From positions 255 to 64,254 of the forward strand of contig JAADHS010000078.1 of the NCBI GenBank assembly GCA_013151745.1: a stretch of DNA of 64,000 nucleotides. Direction: 5' to 3'. The translations under genes were made by a program, and so were the position numbers. Below the pieces are notes generated by a model. That model was given only the letters and a program-made list of their open reading frames with translations, was not told where the DNA came from and did no database searches. Each line of letters begins with the position of its first letter. Position 1 is the stretch's first letter. The DNA is from Gammaproteobacteria bacterium (GTDB lineage: Bacteria > Pseudomonadota > Gammaproteobacteria > JAADHS01). Below are positions 9,861 through 21,970 of the stretch, piece by piece.

Positions 9861-10263
9861 GTTTAGAGGTGATTGGTTGTTGTTTGGTTGCGTGAGTGTC
9901 ACAAATAGTTAACATTTCTAAATAGATCCCTAAGCCGGGCAGGGGTTATCCTGATTGTACACCGAATTTTCCGATCGTATGATGTTTGAGTGGTTTGGAA
10001 TCCTGAGTAAAACACTTGAAACTTGTGTGAGTAATACCTGCCATGATTTTTATTTTCAAGGCGTAGAATAGGCTCACTTTTAGAGCTAAATTAATGGTAA
10101 GATAATGATGTGAAATATAAAAATTTCGTGATGACAAGGTTGCTGTAAAGCATAAATAAAAGGTGACGAGGGTCACCTGAAACAACGGCTTGTTTGCAAA
10201 GCAAAGGTCTCTGAACGAGAACTAACTGAAGCGTTTGTGAATACGTGCCGATAGAGAGGCTCT

Positions 10264-11556
10264 GTGAAACATTTTTCACTTTCTGGGGATGCTACCGAAT
10301 CGCGTTATATTAGCCGACTCACCCGGAACACTCTGGCGCTGGTGTTAGCTGGAGGGCGAGGTACAAGGCTACAGGATTTGACGCGATGGCGGGTGAAACC
10401 GGCGGTTCCCTTCGGTGGAAAATTCAGAATTATTGATTTTCCTTTATCTAATTGTATTAACTCTGAAATCCGAACTGTCTGTGTGCTGACTCAGTATAAA
10501 TCGCACTCCTTGATTCGTCATATTCAGCAGGGCTGGAATTATTTACGTAGTGAGTTTGGTGAGTTCGTCGAACTGTTACCAGCGCAGCAGCGAGTCCAGG
10601 CATCCTGGTATTCAGGGACGGCGGATGCGGTATATCAAAATCTTGATATCATTAGAAGCCATAAACCAGAATATGTTCTTATTCTTGCGGGAGATCATAT
10701 TTACAAAATGGATTATGGTCCCATGATTGCGCATCATGTTGCGGCAAATGCAGATCTTACTGTTGGCTGCATTGAGGTTCCGCTGGAGTTAGCTAAGTCA
10801 TTTGGTGTCATGGCGGTCGGCAGTGATGGTCAAGTATTACGTTTTTCTGAAAAACCAGATCATCCAGAACCGGTGCCAGGGCGCAGTGATGTTGCGTTGG
10901 CCTCCATGGGCATTTATGTTTTTAGTACTGAATTTTTGTTTGATCAATTGATCAATGATGCTAAAAATAAGGATTCTGCACACGATTTTGGTCACAATAT
11001 TATTCCTTCTGTGATTGAAAATTATACGGTGAGCACTTACTTATTTAGAGATGTGCAAAATAATACACAGGCTTATTGGCGCGATGTCGGAACGGTTGAT
11101 GCGTTTTGGGAGGCTAATATGGAATTGGTTGATATTACACCCGAGTTAAACCTGTACGATACAGAATGGCCGATTTGGACTTATCAGGAACAACTTCCTC
11201 CGGCTAAGTTTGTGCTTGATGATGACGGTCGACGGGGCATGGCTGTGGACTCTATGGTTTCAGGAGGGTGTGTGATTTCTGGAGCGGTAGTTCGTAAATC
11301 TTTATTGTTTTCAAGTGTTAGGGTTGAGGTTAACTCGTTAGTGGAAGATTCGGTTGTTTTGCCCGATGTCGTTATTGGTAGTCGTTGTACTATAAAAAAA
11401 GCAGTGATAGATAAAGGTTGCATCATCCCGGATGGTACCTCTATTGGTGAAGACCATGAGGCGGATAAAAAACGAGGCTTCACTCTGTCGGATGGCGGTG
11501 TTGTACTTGTTACTCCTGACATGCTGGGTCAGGGTGTACACTACGTTCAAAAATAG
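10264..11556 (+). CDS. glgC: Glucose-1-phosphate adenylyltransferase
   Basis: [49 protein letters not shown]. Confidence 0.97.
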   Translation: MKHFSLSGDATESRYISRLTRNTLALVLAGGRGTRLQDLTRWRVKPAVPFGGKFRIIDFPLSNCINSEIRTVCVLTQYKSHSLIRHIQQGWNYLRSEFGEFVELLPAQQRVQASWYSGTADAVYQNLDIIRSHKPEYVLILAGDHIYKMDYGPMIAHHVAANADLTVGCIEVPLELAKSFGVMAVGSDGQVLRFSEKPDHPEPVPGRSDVALASMGIYVFSTEFLFDQLINDAKNKDSAHDFGHNIIPSVIENYTVSTYLFRDVQNNTQAYWRDVGTVDAFWEANMELVDITPELNLYDTEWPIWTYQEQLPPAKFVLDDDGRRGMAVDSMVSGGCVISGAVVRKSLLFSSVRVEVNSLVEDSVVLPDVVIGSRCTIKKAVIDKGCIIPDGTSIGEDHEADKKRGFTLSDGGVVLVTPDMLGQGVHYVQK

Positions 11557-11581
11557 GTTTTTAAGTATATGAATAAAGGCG

Positions 11582-13054
11582 ATGCAAGCGGGTTTGGATT
11601 CGTTTGTGACTGATTTTTCTTGGTTGGATCAACGGTGCGCGGGTGTGGTGTTACATCCTACTTCATTGCCGGGTAGGGAATCCTGTGGAACACTGGGCAC
11701 AGAAGCTTTTCGATTTGTCGATTGGTTGGCGCAGAGTGGTTTAAAAGTATGGCAAATATTACCACTGGGTCCGACGCACGACGATTTATCTCCCTATCAA
11801 TGTTTGTCAGCTTACGCTGGTAATCCTCGTTTGATTTGTTTTGCCAAACTTGGTTTAGAAGAGTTCAGTGTCGACCAGCAAAATACTTCGTCTTTATTAA
11901 TTCAAGCATACCAGCGCTGGCATCGTCTTCAAGGTGAGCAACATGCTGATTATCGTCGTTTTATCGCGTTTAACGAATACTGGTTAGAAGACTTTGTGCT
12001 TTTTGTTGCGCTGAGAGCAGAGCAACATGAGTTGAGTTGGAATGAGTGGCCAATGGAATTAAGAAGCAGGCAACCGCAGGCCTTGGCTATGGCACGGCAG
12101 CGGTTGTCGGAACAATTAGATCATCTACGTTATGAGCAGTATTTGTTTTTTTCGCAATGGTCAGAACTTACAGATTATGCGTCCAGCAAAAACGTTTTGA
12201 TTTTTGGTGATATGCCTATTTTTGTCGCTTACGATAGTGCGGATGTTTGGGCGAATCAAGACTTGTTTCTATTAGATTCCAATGGAAAGCCCTCCGTTGT
12301 CGCGGGCGTGCCTCCTGACTATTTTTCGGAAACAGGTCAGCGTTGGGGCAATCCTTTGTATGATTGGCCTGCTATGGTGATTAAGAATTTTTCTTGGTGG
12401 CGGCAGCGATTTGCATTCCAGTTCCAGATTTTTGATTTAGTCCGTATTGATCATTTTCGTGGTTTTGAAGCCTATTGGGAGATTGATGCAAACTGTGAGA
12501 CGGCGATCGTAGGTCGATGGGTTAAGGCACCCGGTGAAGCGCTATTTTCAAGTGTGTTAGATTGTTTGGGTCGTTTGCCGCTGGTTGCTGAGGATTTGGG
12601 TGTGATCACCGAGGAAGTGGTTGAGTTGCAGAAGCAATTTCACTTGCCTGGTATGAAGATATTACAGTTTGCATTTGATAGTGGTGATGATAATCCCTAT
12701 TTGCTACAGAATCACATAGAAAATTGCGTGGTATATACCGGTACGCACGATAATAATACCTCACTGGGGTGGTTTAACAGTTTAGATGAAGGGGCGCAGC
12801 AGCGGGTGCTGTCATTTGTTGAAAATGACAGCAAGGTTGCGATGCCGTGGTCTCTGGTAGAACTGGCCATGAGTTCTGTCGCCAGGTTGGTCATGGTGCC
12901 GATGCAAGATTTACTGAGTTTGGATGAGGATGCACGGATGAATACTCCAGGTGTTGCGGAAGGGAACTGGCGATGGCGTTTTGCCTGGCAGCAAGTACCC
13001 GCAGAACTGGCTGGCGATATACGTCATTGTCTTGAGCGGAATGATCGAGCTTAG
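11582..13054 (+). CDS. malQ: 4-alpha-glucanotransferase (GH77)
   Basis: LHPTSLPG, WQILPLGP, RIDHFRG, AEDLG, YTGTHDN motifs. Confidence 0.95.
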   Translation: MQAGLDSFVTDFSWLDQRCAGVVLHPTSLPGRESCGTLGTEAFRFVDWLAQSGLKVWQILPLGPTHDDLSPYQCLSAYAGNPRLICFAKLGLEEFSVDQQNTSSLLIQAYQRWHRLQGEQHADYRRFIAFNEYWLEDFVLFVALRAEQHELSWNEWPMELRSRQPQALAMARQRLSEQLDHLRYEQYLFFSQWSELTDYASSKNVLIFGDMPIFVAYDSADVWANQDLFLLDSNGKPSVVAGVPPDYFSETGQRWGNPLYDWPAMVIKNFSWWRQRFAFQFQIFDLVRIDHFRGFEAYWEIDANCETAIVGRWVKAPGEALFSSVLDCLGRLPLVAEDLGVITEEVVELQKQFHLPGMKILQFAFDSGDDNPYLLQNHIENCVVYTGTHDNNTSLGWFNSLDEGAQQRVLSFVENDSKVAMPWSLVELAMSSVARLVMVPMQDLLSLDEDARMNTPGVAEGNWRWRFAWQQVPAELAGDIRHCLERNDRA

Positions 13055-13095
13055 AATCAAGCAACTTGTGCATCAGTGTTGCGGTTTTTTTATGT

Positions 13096-13124
13096 CATGG
13101 CGGCGTTAAAATTTCTCGCAATAG
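13096..13124 (-). repeat. Isolated fragment of the family I interior-b core
   Basis: Reverse complement ctattgcgagaaattttaacgccgccatg matches 40229-40257 (ctattgcgaggaattttaacgccgccatg) with one mismatch. Confidence 0.75.
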
Positions 13125-13225
13125 AGTGTGGGGGCTATACCTCGTCTTTTGCCTTACCTACAGGGATTGTAGGTCACCCCCGGTGTTAGAATAGGATGGC
13201 TACTGTTTACCAATGATATTTCTTT

Positions 13226-14653
13226 TTACCGTTCATTCTTAATTTTGTTATAAGCCTGGCGGGCATATGAATTTAGCCTTCCATCGCGCCTTTTTGTCAA
13301 AGCATTAATTTTCTCCAAGCTGGTATTTGCCAACTTTCCGTATTCAGATAAAGCTAAAGCAGCCCGCCCCGCAACATTGTTGTTTGGATCTTCCAATAAT
13401 TTATCTAATGGTGTTATCGCGTTTGGCAAAACATCCGCATAAAGCGCTACACCATAGGCGCCATTTTCTCTTATGTGTGCTGCTTGGTGCGATAACATGG
13501 CCACAATTTTTTCCGCTACAATTTCACCCTGTGGATCAATTTTGTTAATCGCAATGAGTGCATGCCACGCTGTAGAGGAATTTCTCGACTGCGTCACTTT
13601 GAGCAAATCAGGAATGGCTGCAATGGCCCTTGGGCCCATTTTTTTGAGGGTTGTCAGCGCACTAACCCGAATTTGAACGTTTGTAGAAAATAAATCCTGT
13701 GTGTGTTTGGCGAGTTGCTTATCTTGTGTTTTTGCCTCTGCTACTTTCCTTGCAAGGCAAGTGACTCTTTCCTTAAAAGACTGTAGTTCTTTCTCATCAA
13801 AATTTGATTTACCCCGATTTTTTTCATAAGCGCTTACCCATTTTTCAAATTCAGGAAGCGCTTCATATGATTTTGGTGACAGGCGGCATGAGCTTTCCAG
13901 TGAATATTTTTTATTCATTGAGTGCAAAATTGCATCTCTGTGCCCATACTCGGCAGCAAGGGTTAACCATTTGTCTGCATCACTTTCCTGTTCAAGTTTT
14001 GATGAGTAGGGCATAAAAGATGTTGATTGCCATAAATCATAATATTTCCCCCCATCTGGCTTATTGGCAGCTAACAATTTTAATAATGCTATACGGTCAT
14101 AATTCTTTAACGGCAGTAGTTTTATAGCTGCATGTGCGGCATTTATATGCCCTTGTTTTCCTGCCTTGCTGTACCATTCCCTTGCGAATTTCTCATTTTT
14201 TCCTGTTGTACCCCCTGTTCCTGTTTCATGAAAATACCCCATCCAATATTGAGCAATGGCAATGTTTTCATCTGCCAGTGGCTTAACAATAAGAACCGGA
14301 TTTATAAGGCTAAAATATGCAATCACTACTGCAAACGCGATGGAAGCTGAGACATTTCCAAGCCGGGTTGATTTGATCCATTGCCCCAATAAAAAGCTGG
14401 TTGCAACATAAATAAAAAATAGAATGGCGATCCATATTCTAAAATCACCCATCCCAAGTAGTGCCATAAAACCCCTAAAGATAGCCCAGACGGATACAGA
14501 AAAAATTATTAGAATCGATAACATCAGTTTTAATCGTTGCCACCAGAGCCATTTTTTTGTTTCAGTCTCTTGAGATTTTATAAACTGAAGAATGAGCCAT
14601 ATGACCCCTGGGGTCGCCAGCAATGTGGGATACAAAAAGATTTCAATATTCAT
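13226..14653 (-). CDS. Membrane protein with Sel1-like and HEAT repeats
   Basis: Four N-terminal TM segments; AQYWMG..AREWYSKAGKQG (Sel1); VRVSALTTLKKMG..AIPDL, IRENGAYGV, VAGRAALAL (HEAT). Confidence 0.75.
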   Translation of the reverse strand: MNIEIFLYPTLLATPGVIWLILQFIKSQETETKKWLWWQRLKLMLSILIIFSVSVWAIFRGFMALLGMGDFRIWIAILFFIYVATSFLLGQWIKSTRLGNVSASIAFAVVIAYFSLINPVLIVKPLADENIAIAQYWMGYFHETGTGGTTGKNEKFAREWYSKAGKQGHINAAHAAIKLLPLKNYDRIALLKLLAANKPDGGKYYDLWQSTSFMPYSSKLEQESDADKWLTLAAEYGHRDAILHSMNKKYSLESSCRLSPKSYEALPEFEKWVSAYEKNRGKSNFDEKELQSFKERVTCLARKVAEAKTQDKQLAKHTQDLFSTNVQIRVSALTTLKKMGPRAIAAIPDLLKVTQSRNSSTAWHALIAINKIDPQGEIVAEKIVAMLSHQAAHIRENGAYGVALYADVLPNAITPLDKLLEDPNNNVAGRAALALSEYGKLANTSLEKINALTKRRDGRLNSYARQAYNKIKNER

Positions 14654-14786
14654 GCTTTCATTGTTCGCTTTTTAAGGTTTTGGCATATGGCAATAGTATG
14701 CGAATGTCCATCTTGCTTTTGGCGCTGAATTTAATTTTTTCGATGGATTGGATTATTTTGTAATTTCCAGTTAATCGAGCACAGTT

Positions 14787-15133
14787 GTAACCGGAAGGGG
14801 AACTTAAGCGAGGTTAAGTTGGCATTAGAGTCGGCTAAAATCGAAATTTCCACTATTATTTTAGAGGCGGTACTCCGCGAATTGAATGCCCAAGGTAAAG
14901 AATGCAAAACGAAAGCTCAAAACTTGGCGAAGCGCTTGCGAAACTATGGGAATGCTCATTACCACGCCAGGCATAATCTAGCAAAACAAGCGTCATTTTA
15001 TCGTGATCGATCGGCTTTTGACTTTATTCGCCAAGCCCTTCCTTGTTACCTGATGAGCCAATACTTCGCTCATTCATACTAAACTGGATTCGTAGGGTCA
15101 CGCTGTCAGTTTTGTAAGGCCGTAAACGGTGAC
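14787..15133 (+). mobile_element. Internally deleted IS66-family relic (transposase pseudogene fragments)
   Basis: Starts GTAACCG and ends ccgtaaacggtgac (IS66-like GTAA termini); frameshifted peptide blocks AQNLAKRLRNYG, ITTPGI, NLAKQA, FIVIDR, SAFDFIRQA, PSLLP resemble the TnpC C-terminus. Confidence 0.6.
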
Positions 15134-15185
15134 ATACCGAGGCAGCGATACTCTCGATTTTTGCTTGTATATTCATGAGTCGAGA

Positions 15186-15272
15186 TGGTGCCGGGAGAGA
15201 GAATCGAACTCTCACTCTGTTTCCAGAACCGGATTTTGAATCCGGCGCGTCTACCAGTTCCGCCACCCCGGC
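15186..15272 (-). tRNA. tRNA-Leu (CAA)
   Basis: GCCGGGGTGGCGGAACTGGTAGACGCGCCGGA-TTCAAAA-TCCGG...GTTCGATTC...CCCGGCACCA; long variable arm, encoded CCA. Confidence 0.97.
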
Positions 15273-15371
15273 AATAGTGGGTGAGCTAAATGGCCGCTAA
15301 GATTACACTGCTGCGCAAAAAATGGCAATATTAATGCTGGATAAAAGCACAATTTAAAACTGTTTTCTAGG

Positions 15372-16271
15372 TTAAATATCGACTATAGCGGTTACTTTAT
15401 TACCACAGCCTTCATAATTTAGCTTGGAAAAACTACCCATTTTAGCAAGAGCAATGCCTCGGCCATGGCTATCGAACGCTCGTGCGGGATCAAGATCCAG
15501 GTATTTTTCCCATTTGAAGCCCTGTCCTTCGTCGACAATGATGAATTCAATATAGCTGTTGTGACGAGTGTAGGAAACGTGAACTTTTTTAGTTTTATTT
15601 TCCGGTTGTTGTAAACGTTTTTCAATTTCCTGTAACCAGCTTCCATCTCTTTGTATTACCGATTTTTCTGCGTAGCCTATACCGAGATTACCGTGTTCGA
15701 TGGCGTTGATGAGCAATTCTGAAAGCCCAGTGACGATTCTTGTAGGGTTGGGACAAGTGTCGGCCAGCAAAGAGGCCAGGTTTTGTGCTTCATTCAGTGT
15801 CTGAAAGCTGAAGTGGCCCGTGTCAAGCAGGGTGAGTGTGCGTGAATGTTGATGCACTTTTTTTTGTAATTCTAAATAGCGTTGACGATCTTGGGTGACT
15901 GAAGTAACGAGAGAAATAAGCTGGTTTTTGTTGAAAGGTTTAGTTAAATAGAAGAGGGCACCGGCCGCCAAACCTTCTTCAATATCCTCTTCGCTGGCTC
16001 GAGCAGTTTGGATGATGACGGGAATATTTTTCAGCTCATTATGTTTTTTCATGCGCTGCAAGACAGCAATACCATCTAGTTTAGGCATCATTCTATCGAG
16101 CAGAACTAAATCATATTGCGTGGGTGATTTTGAAAGCATTTCCCATGCCACTTCGCCATTTTGAGCGGTATGTAATCCGAAATTTTTATCTTCGAGATGA
16201 GCGAGGATGATTTCTAAATTAAAAGGTTCGTCATCAACGACCAGTAATTGAAGTTGTTTTTTAGTCATCAT
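15372..16271 (-). CDS. Response regulator receiver fused to HATPase_c (anti-sigma-factor kinase-like) domain
   Basis: VVDDE...LLDRMMP...KPF receiver; SELLINAIEHGN, DEGQGF, HGRGI ATPase motifs. Confidence 0.85.
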   Translation of the reverse strand: MMTKKQLQLLVVDDEPFNLEIILAHLEDKNFGLHTAQNGEVAWEMLSKSPTQYDLVLLDRMMPKLDGIAVLQRMKKHNELKNIPVIIQTARASEEDIEEGLAAGALFYLTKPFNKNQLISLVTSVTQDRQRYLELQKKVHQHSRTLTLLDTGHFSFQTLNEAQNLASLLADTCPNPTRIVTGLSELLINAIEHGNLGIGYAEKSVIQRDGSWLQEIEKRLQQPENKTKKVHVSYTRHNSYIEFIIVDEGQGFKWEKYLDLDPARAFDSHGRGIALAKMGSFSKLNYEGCGNKVTAIVDI

Positions 16272-16298
16272 TGAGAGTCTATTATTTCAAGGCTGATA

Positions 16299-16480
16299 TA
16301 TACCCGTGGCGTTATGAATTTAGGTGTTTTCACGTACACTCACACCTCATTTTCGACTTTTATTTAATTGAAAATAACCCAACTTAGACAGCTAGGTCTG
16401 TGTTTTTTCTCAATCAGAAAAACCGAATCTAAGGCACATCTGCATACGCTAACACCTAAAGTCATAACGCCATGGGTATA
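16299..16480. mobile_element. Palindromic MITE/ERIC-like element, family I, interior type a
   Basis: TIRs tatacccgtggcgttatgaatttaggtgtt / aacacctaaagtcataacgccatgggtata; homologous along its length to 9680-9860. Confidence 0.9.
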
Positions 16481-16596
16481 GCATATGCTATGTCGTTGTT
16501 TTTGTCTCTTGTCTGTGAACAAAGGTTTGGCACAATTCAGAGTATTTTTTCAATAATCATCTTGTTATCGGACTGTTTGTTTATACGTTGAGGGCA

Positions 16597-16759
16597 TATG
16601 CCCGTAGCGATTAATATTTAGGTGTAATTGCACTCCCTCTTCATTCCCTGGCTACGTTGCAAACGCCTCGCAATAGCTCACTATTACTCGTCATTTCGCC
16701 TTGCCAGGAAATGAATAGGGCGCACACTCAATACCTAAAATTCAAGCGCTACGGGTATA
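16597..16759 (-). mobile_element. Palindromic MITE/ERIC-like element, family I, interior type b
   Basis: TIRs tatgcccgtagcg..tttaggtgt / atacctaaaa..cgctacgggtata; reverse complement is colinear with 40147-40307. Confidence 0.88.
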
Positions 16760-16817
16760 TTTAATGCAAAACTTAAGTTTATTATGAGCCTATGGAATTA
16801 TGTTATGATCCCGCGTC

Positions 16818-18976
<2,159 letters not shown>

Positions 18977-19244
18977 GTTAGGTTTTAAAAAAATAGGCCC
19001 TATTGTTTGTGCTGAAGCATGTCAGGATAGACTAACAGCGCATCTCTATCTTTTTGTTCGTCTACGACGTCATAAAGAGTAGTCAATATGTAGAAAATAC
19101 ACGATCTTTAGCGCATTAAATCGGGAATGTGTCATAATACGCGCTTTATTTTGCTGGCCGAGGCAAATTACCAAATGAATCGCTGGCTTTGTTTTCAGAG
19201 CAGAGCTGAAAAATAAAAAAACAATTAATTAATGGAGAGAGTCT

Positions 19245-19634
19245 ATGGAGTTTTTTATATCTGATGCAATGGCGCAAGGCGGGGCCGGTAGCGAAGGTAG
19301 TGGTTTAATGGGGTTCATTCCCTTGATTATTATTTTTGTTGTTTTTTATTGGTTGCTGATGCGTCCACAAATGAAACGTGCTAAAGAACATCGACAAATG
19401 CTAGGCACCTTGGCCAAAAATGATGAGGTGACAACAAGCGGCGGTATACTGGGGCGTGTTGTTAAATTAGATGACAATTTTGTTAGCCTGGAAATTGCTG
19501 ATGGAGTGCGCGTGAAAGTGCAGAGAAATGCGGTGGCCTCATTATTGCCCAAAGGCTCTATTAAAGACGACCAACAAAAAAACAAAGACGATCAACAAAA
19601 AAAACAGATTAAGGAGATTGCTGAAAAAAAATAG
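19245..19634 (+). CDS. yajC: Preprotein translocase subunit YajC
   Basis: FYWLLMRPQMKRAKEH, VTTSGGILG; synteny tgt-yajC-secD. Confidence 0.95.
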   Translation: MEFFISDAMAQGGAGSEGSGLMGFIPLIIIFVVFYWLLMRPQMKRAKEHRQMLGTLAKNDEVTTSGGILGRVVKLDDNFVSLEIADGVRVKVQRNAVASLLPKGSIKDDQQKNKDDQQKKQIKEIAEKK

Positions 19635-19696
19635 ACCTGATCTCGTCGGGTTTTTGTTTCTACGGGTCTGTAAGATTATTTATTTACCGTCCTAAA

Positions 19697-19747
19697 TTAA
19701 GCTGAAAAACAGATGCATAGTGAGCTGTGCCACTGTTTTATAATGCC
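19697..19747 (+). repeat. Degenerate copy of the shared hairpin core between yajC and secD
   Basis: aagctg-aaaaacag-atgcatag-tgag-ctgtgc-cactgtttt-ataatgc parallels the CAAGGCG...GCATAG..CTATGC...CAACGC core. Confidence 0.45.
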
Positions 19748-19865
19748 ATAGTATAGACAACAAATGCCGGATTAGTTGTAGTGATATTTATACCTTAATG
19801 GTACAAATAATACGGCCTATTTTTTGACAAAAATCACCTAAGCTCGAATTGGGACAGATAAGGAC

Positions 19866-21725
19866 ATGATGAATCAATATCCGGTTTGGAAGTACACGCT
19901 GATTGCGGTTATATGTTTGCTCGCTGGGTTTTACGCACTTCCTAACTTATTTGGTAATGACCCGGCGTTACAGGTGTCAGCAACGCGTTCAGCCATTATT
20001 GATGCCTCAACCGAAGTGCTCGTTAAAGAAACGTTGACTTCATCTGAAATTAAATATAAATCAGCTGAAATCACTCCGCAGGGACTGTTAGTTCGTTTTG
20101 ACGATACCAATGAGCAACTCAAGGCACAGCGGCTGATTAAGTCTGAGTTGGGCAGTGATTATGTTGTTGCATTAAATCTTGCGCCAGCGACGCCAGGGTG
20201 GTTGCAAGACATGGGAGCAGATCCCATGTTTTTAGGTCTGGATTTACGTGGTGGTGTGCACTTTTTAATGGAAGTCGATATGCACTCTGCGATTAAATCC
20301 GCTGAAATTCGTTATCGCGATGAAGTGCGAGCATTATTGCGAAAAAATAAAATTCGTTATCTTTCAATCTCTCATCGCGCAGCGGGAGGCATTTCCGTGA
20401 AGTTTCGTGATGAGACTGATCTGGAGACTAGTCGAGACCTTATTCGTAAAGAACTAGATACCCTGGATCAGCAAGAAAAAAAGAATGACGGACGTGCCAC
20501 TCTGTTCTTAACGATTACGAAAGATGAGGTTCGTGCGGTCAAAAATTTTGCGTTGCAGCAAAATATGACGACTTTACGTAACCGGGTGAATGAGTTAGGT
20601 GTTGCTGAGCCTGTAATACAGCAACAGGGTCTAAATCGCATTGTTGTACAACTTCCCGGTATTCAAGATACGGCCAGAGCAAAAGAAATTCTCGGCGCAA
20701 CAGCAACCCTTGAATTTCGCATGGCGGATGAAACGAGTGACGTTCAAAGTGCCGTAGAAGGGCGCTCACCCGCCGGATCCAAGCTGTATCGCGAACGTAA
20801 TGGCAGTCCAATTTTATTGAAAAAGCGGATTATCGTTACGGGCGATCAAATTACCGATGCCGCTTCAGGTATAGATCAGCAAGATGGCAGTGCTGCTGTA
20901 TTTATCAGTCTGGATGGCAAGGGTGCCAATAAAATGCTAGATACGACCAAGGCTAATGTTGGTAAGTTAATGGCGGTGGTCTTTATTGAAAACAAAACAG
21001 ACACCAGGCTCGTCGATGGCGAAGAAGTCAAAACAAAGCGTCGCATAGAAGAAGTGATCAATGTTGCCCGGATTCGTGAAGCGTTTAGTCATCGTTTTCA
21101 AATTACGGGTTTGGATGATACCGAAGAGGCGCGAGACCTAGCTTTGTTGCTGCGTGCGGGTGCTTTGTCTGCGCCTATGGATATTGTTGAAGAGCGTACC
21201 GTAGGGCCGAGCCTGGGTAAGGATAATATAGATAAAGGCTTTTTGTCTGTACAGATTGGCTTTATCCTTGTGCTTATTTTTATGGTCTTTTATTATCGAA
21301 CTTTTGGTGTGATTGCTTGTGTAGCACTGACTGTCAATTTAGTTTTGTTGGTTGCGGTGTTGTCGCTGTTGCAAGCAACTCTGACTTTGCCAGGTATCGC
21401 CGGGATTGTTTTAACGGTAGGGATGGCCGTCGATGCAAATGTGCTTATTTTTGAGCGTATCCGAGAAGAGATACGTAATGGTAACTCATCGCAGGCGAGT
21501 ATTCATGCGGGTTATGAAAAAGCTCTTTCGACGATTGCTGATGCGAATATTACAACATTTATTGTTGCGATCGTACTTTATGGCTTGGGTACGGGGGCAA
21601 TAAAAGGTTTTGCCGTCACGTTGTCGATTGGCATTTTGACCTCAATGTTCACCGCTATTATGGGAACACGTGCAATCGTGAACCTGATTTATGGTGGTAA
21701 ACGTATCGAACGGCTTTCTATTTAG
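19866..21725 (+). CDS. secD: Protein translocase subunit SecD
   Basis: LGLDLRGG, RVNELGVAEP, VGPSLG, GMAVDANVLIFERIREE. Confidence 0.97.
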   Translation: MMNQYPVWKYTLIAVICLLAGFYALPNLFGNDPALQVSATRSAIIDASTEVLVKETLTSSEIKYKSAEITPQGLLVRFDDTNEQLKAQRLIKSELGSDYVVALNLAPATPGWLQDMGADPMFLGLDLRGGVHFLMEVDMHSAIKSAEIRYRDEVRALLRKNKIRYLSISHRAAGGISVKFRDETDLETSRDLIRKELDTLDQQEKKNDGRATLFLTITKDEVRAVKNFALQQNMTTLRNRVNELGVAEPVIQQQGLNRIVVQLPGIQDTARAKEILGATATLEFRMADETSDVQSAVEGRSPAGSKLYRERNGSPILLKKRIIVTGDQITDAASGIDQQDGSAAVFISLDGKGANKMLDTTKANVGKLMAVVFIENKTDTRLVDGEEVKTKRRIEEVINVARIREAFSHRFQITGLDDTEEARDLALLLRAGALSAPMDIVEERTVGPSLGKDNIDKGFLSVQIGFILVLIFMVFYYRTFGVIACVALTVNLVLLVAVLSLLQATLTLPGIAGIVLTVGMAVDANVLIFERIREEIRNGNSSQASIHAGYEKALSTIADANITTFIVAIVLYGLGTGAIKGFAVTLSIGILTSMFTAIMGTRAIVNLIYGGKRIERLSI

Positions 21726-21928
21726 GAGGTGTGACTAAAATAACCTGGGCAGATTGCGCAGGATATCGTTTCGTATTCAAGGCTTTTGCCATCCATGGCA
21801 CGCCCCTTACCTACTTTTCCATATAGGCAAGGTGCACAAAGGGGTGCATGCTCATTGTATGTAACCCTTTATGCAACACGGATAGATAGACAAGCAAAAT
21901 GTCCAGGTTATTTTGTCACACATCCTCA
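21723..21928. mobile_element. Palindromic MITE-like element (family II) between secD and secF
   Basis: TIRs taggaggtgtgactaaaataacctgggca / tgtccaggttattttgtcacacatcctca; begins at the secD TAG; contains gccatccatggc and a gcaaggtg...gcaacac core. Confidence 0.8.
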
Positions 21929-21970
21929 AGAGTGCCCTTGTTTTATGAATATAAGTGTAAGTGAGAAAAT

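Noticed and set aside
9920-10060. Possible Csr/Rsm-type sRNA or short ORF on the minus strand
   Set aside because: Only about four GGA motifs, not clearly in hairpin loops, and no convincing terminator
14819-15082. 87 aa ORF as a real gene or tyrosine integrase fragment (YHARH)
   Set aside because: Better explained as frameshifted IS66 transposase pieces; no other integrase motifs
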